DNA of 64,000 nucleotides from an uncultured Chloroflexia bacterium (GTDB taxonomy: Bacteria; Chloroflexota; Anaerolineae; CG2-30-64-16), in assembly GCA_963810095.1 (NCBI GenBank), contig CAWEMM010000015.1, positions 1-64,000 of the forward strand, given 5' to 3'. This document shows positions 63,171 through 64,000 of the stretch, in pieces (positions within the stretch are counted from its first letter, which is position 1; every line of letters begins with the position of its first letter). A program made the position numbers and the translations under genes. The notes below the pieces were generated by a model. That model was not told where the DNA came from. It made no database searches and was given only the letters and a program-made list of their open reading frames with translations.

Positions 63171-64000
63171 ATGCCCACGGAGATCATCTGCAGCGAAGAG
63201 ATGCGGCGAAGGATACTGTCCGGCGCGGACAGGCTGGTGGATGCCATGAAGGGCACGCTCGGGCCGAGAGGCCGCAACGCGGTGCTCGAGCGGCCGCACC
63301 TAGCGCCCCTGGTGACCAAAGATGGCGCGACGATCGCCAAGGATTTCGCGCTGCAGGATCGTTTCGAGAACATGGGCGTCCAACTCATCAAGGAGGTCGC
63401 GGCCAAGACCAACGCCGCGGCGGGGGACGGCACGACGACTGCGATGGTGCTGGCCAGGTTCATCATCCATGAGGGCTTCAGGAGCATTGCGGCAGGCGCG
63501 AACTCGGTCGAGCTGAAAAAGGGCGTGCAGGGCGCGGCCCAGCTGACTGCCGCGGCCCTCAAGGGTATGGCAGCGCCGGTCAAGACACGGGAGGTCATTG
63601 CGCAGGTCGCAGCCATCGCGGCCGGCGACGCGCAAATCGGCGTGATGATCGCGGAGGCCCTGGACGTGCTGGGGCCCGACGGCGTCGTCCTCGTGGAAGA
63701 GGGCGGCGGCGAAACCGTCGTGGATGTGAAGGTAGGCATGCAGCTCGAGCGCGGCTACGTCTCGCCCGCCATGGTCACCGACAGGGAGACGATGGTCGCA
63801 GAGCTCGCCGAGCCGTACGTCCTGGTCACTGACCGGAAGCTTAGCAATCCGCAGGAACTCGTGCCGCTGCTCGAGCAGGTTGTCGCGAGCGGCAAACCGC
63901 TCCTGATCGTCGCCGAAGTCGTGGAGGGCCCGGTCCTCGCCCTGCTGGCCGCCAACATGAAAAGCGGGGTACTCAAGGCCGTGGCCATCCACCCCCCCGC
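63171..64000 (+). CDS. groEL: Divergent chaperonin GroEL/Cpn60 paralogue (runs off the window)
   Basis: TLGPRGRNA, VTKDGATIAK, AAGDGTTTA, GMQLERGYVSP, GKPLLIVAE. Confidence 0.9.
   Translation, partial: MPTEIICSEEMRRRILSGADRLVDAMKGTLGPRGRNAVLERPHLAPLVTKDGATIAKDFALQDRFENMGVQLIKEVAAKTNAAAGDGTTTAMVLARFIIHEGFRSIAAGANSVELKKGVQGAAQLTAAALKGMAAPVKTREVIAQVAAIAAGDAQIGVMIAEALDVLGPDGVVLVEEGGGETVVDVKVGMQLERGYVSPAMVTDRETMVAELAEPYVLVTDRKLSNPQELVPLLEQVVASGKPLLIVAEVVEGPVLALLAANMKSGVLKAVAIHPP

Overview
GC-rich bacterial DNA. The gene families and small conserved proteins suggest Chloroflexota or a similar anaerobe (inference only). Many genes are split by scattered single-base frameshifts, most likely long-read assembly errors. 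From left to right the window is a mosaic accessory region: (1) 1-7.1 kb: arylsulfatase, CrtC/lipocalin-like gene and a divergent SARP/BTAD-AAA-TPR regulator. (2) 7.4-15 kb: regulator relics, DUF4386, DUF438/DUF1858, an ICMT-family gene and a lipoprotein, with a ~125 bp direct repeat. (3) 15.1-20.3 kb: truncated defence-type island. It has an SNF2 helicase-DUF3883 gene carrying two in-gene palindromic insertions, an AlbA_2/Schlafen protein and an ATPase stub. (4) 20.3-25.6 kb: glycyl-radical-enzyme (GRE) locus joined abruptly to that island, with a GRE C-terminus, two PfkA-like proteins lacking canonical catalytic residues, a 4Fe-4S protein and the activating enzyme. (5) 26-53 kb: glucose dehydrogenase, CoA-disulfide reductase, glgX, GH63, duplicated DUF6325/SHOCT/small membrane genes with a shared, apparently structured leader, a second arylsulfatase, a 39-bp repeat peptide, and ClC/K+ channel/3x SulP transporters. 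(6) 53.5-58.5 kb: capsid-less phage-derived cassette (adaptor, tail fibre, CHAT-like protein), a toxin-antitoxin pair and a tyrosine recombinase. (7) 58.7-64 kb: LuxR gene and an operon of two SDRs, a stand-alone trigger-factor C-domain, a degenerate PanB homologue and a divergent GroEL. No rRNA, tRNA or CRISPR array was seen. Family assignments are from motif recognition only; no database search was run.
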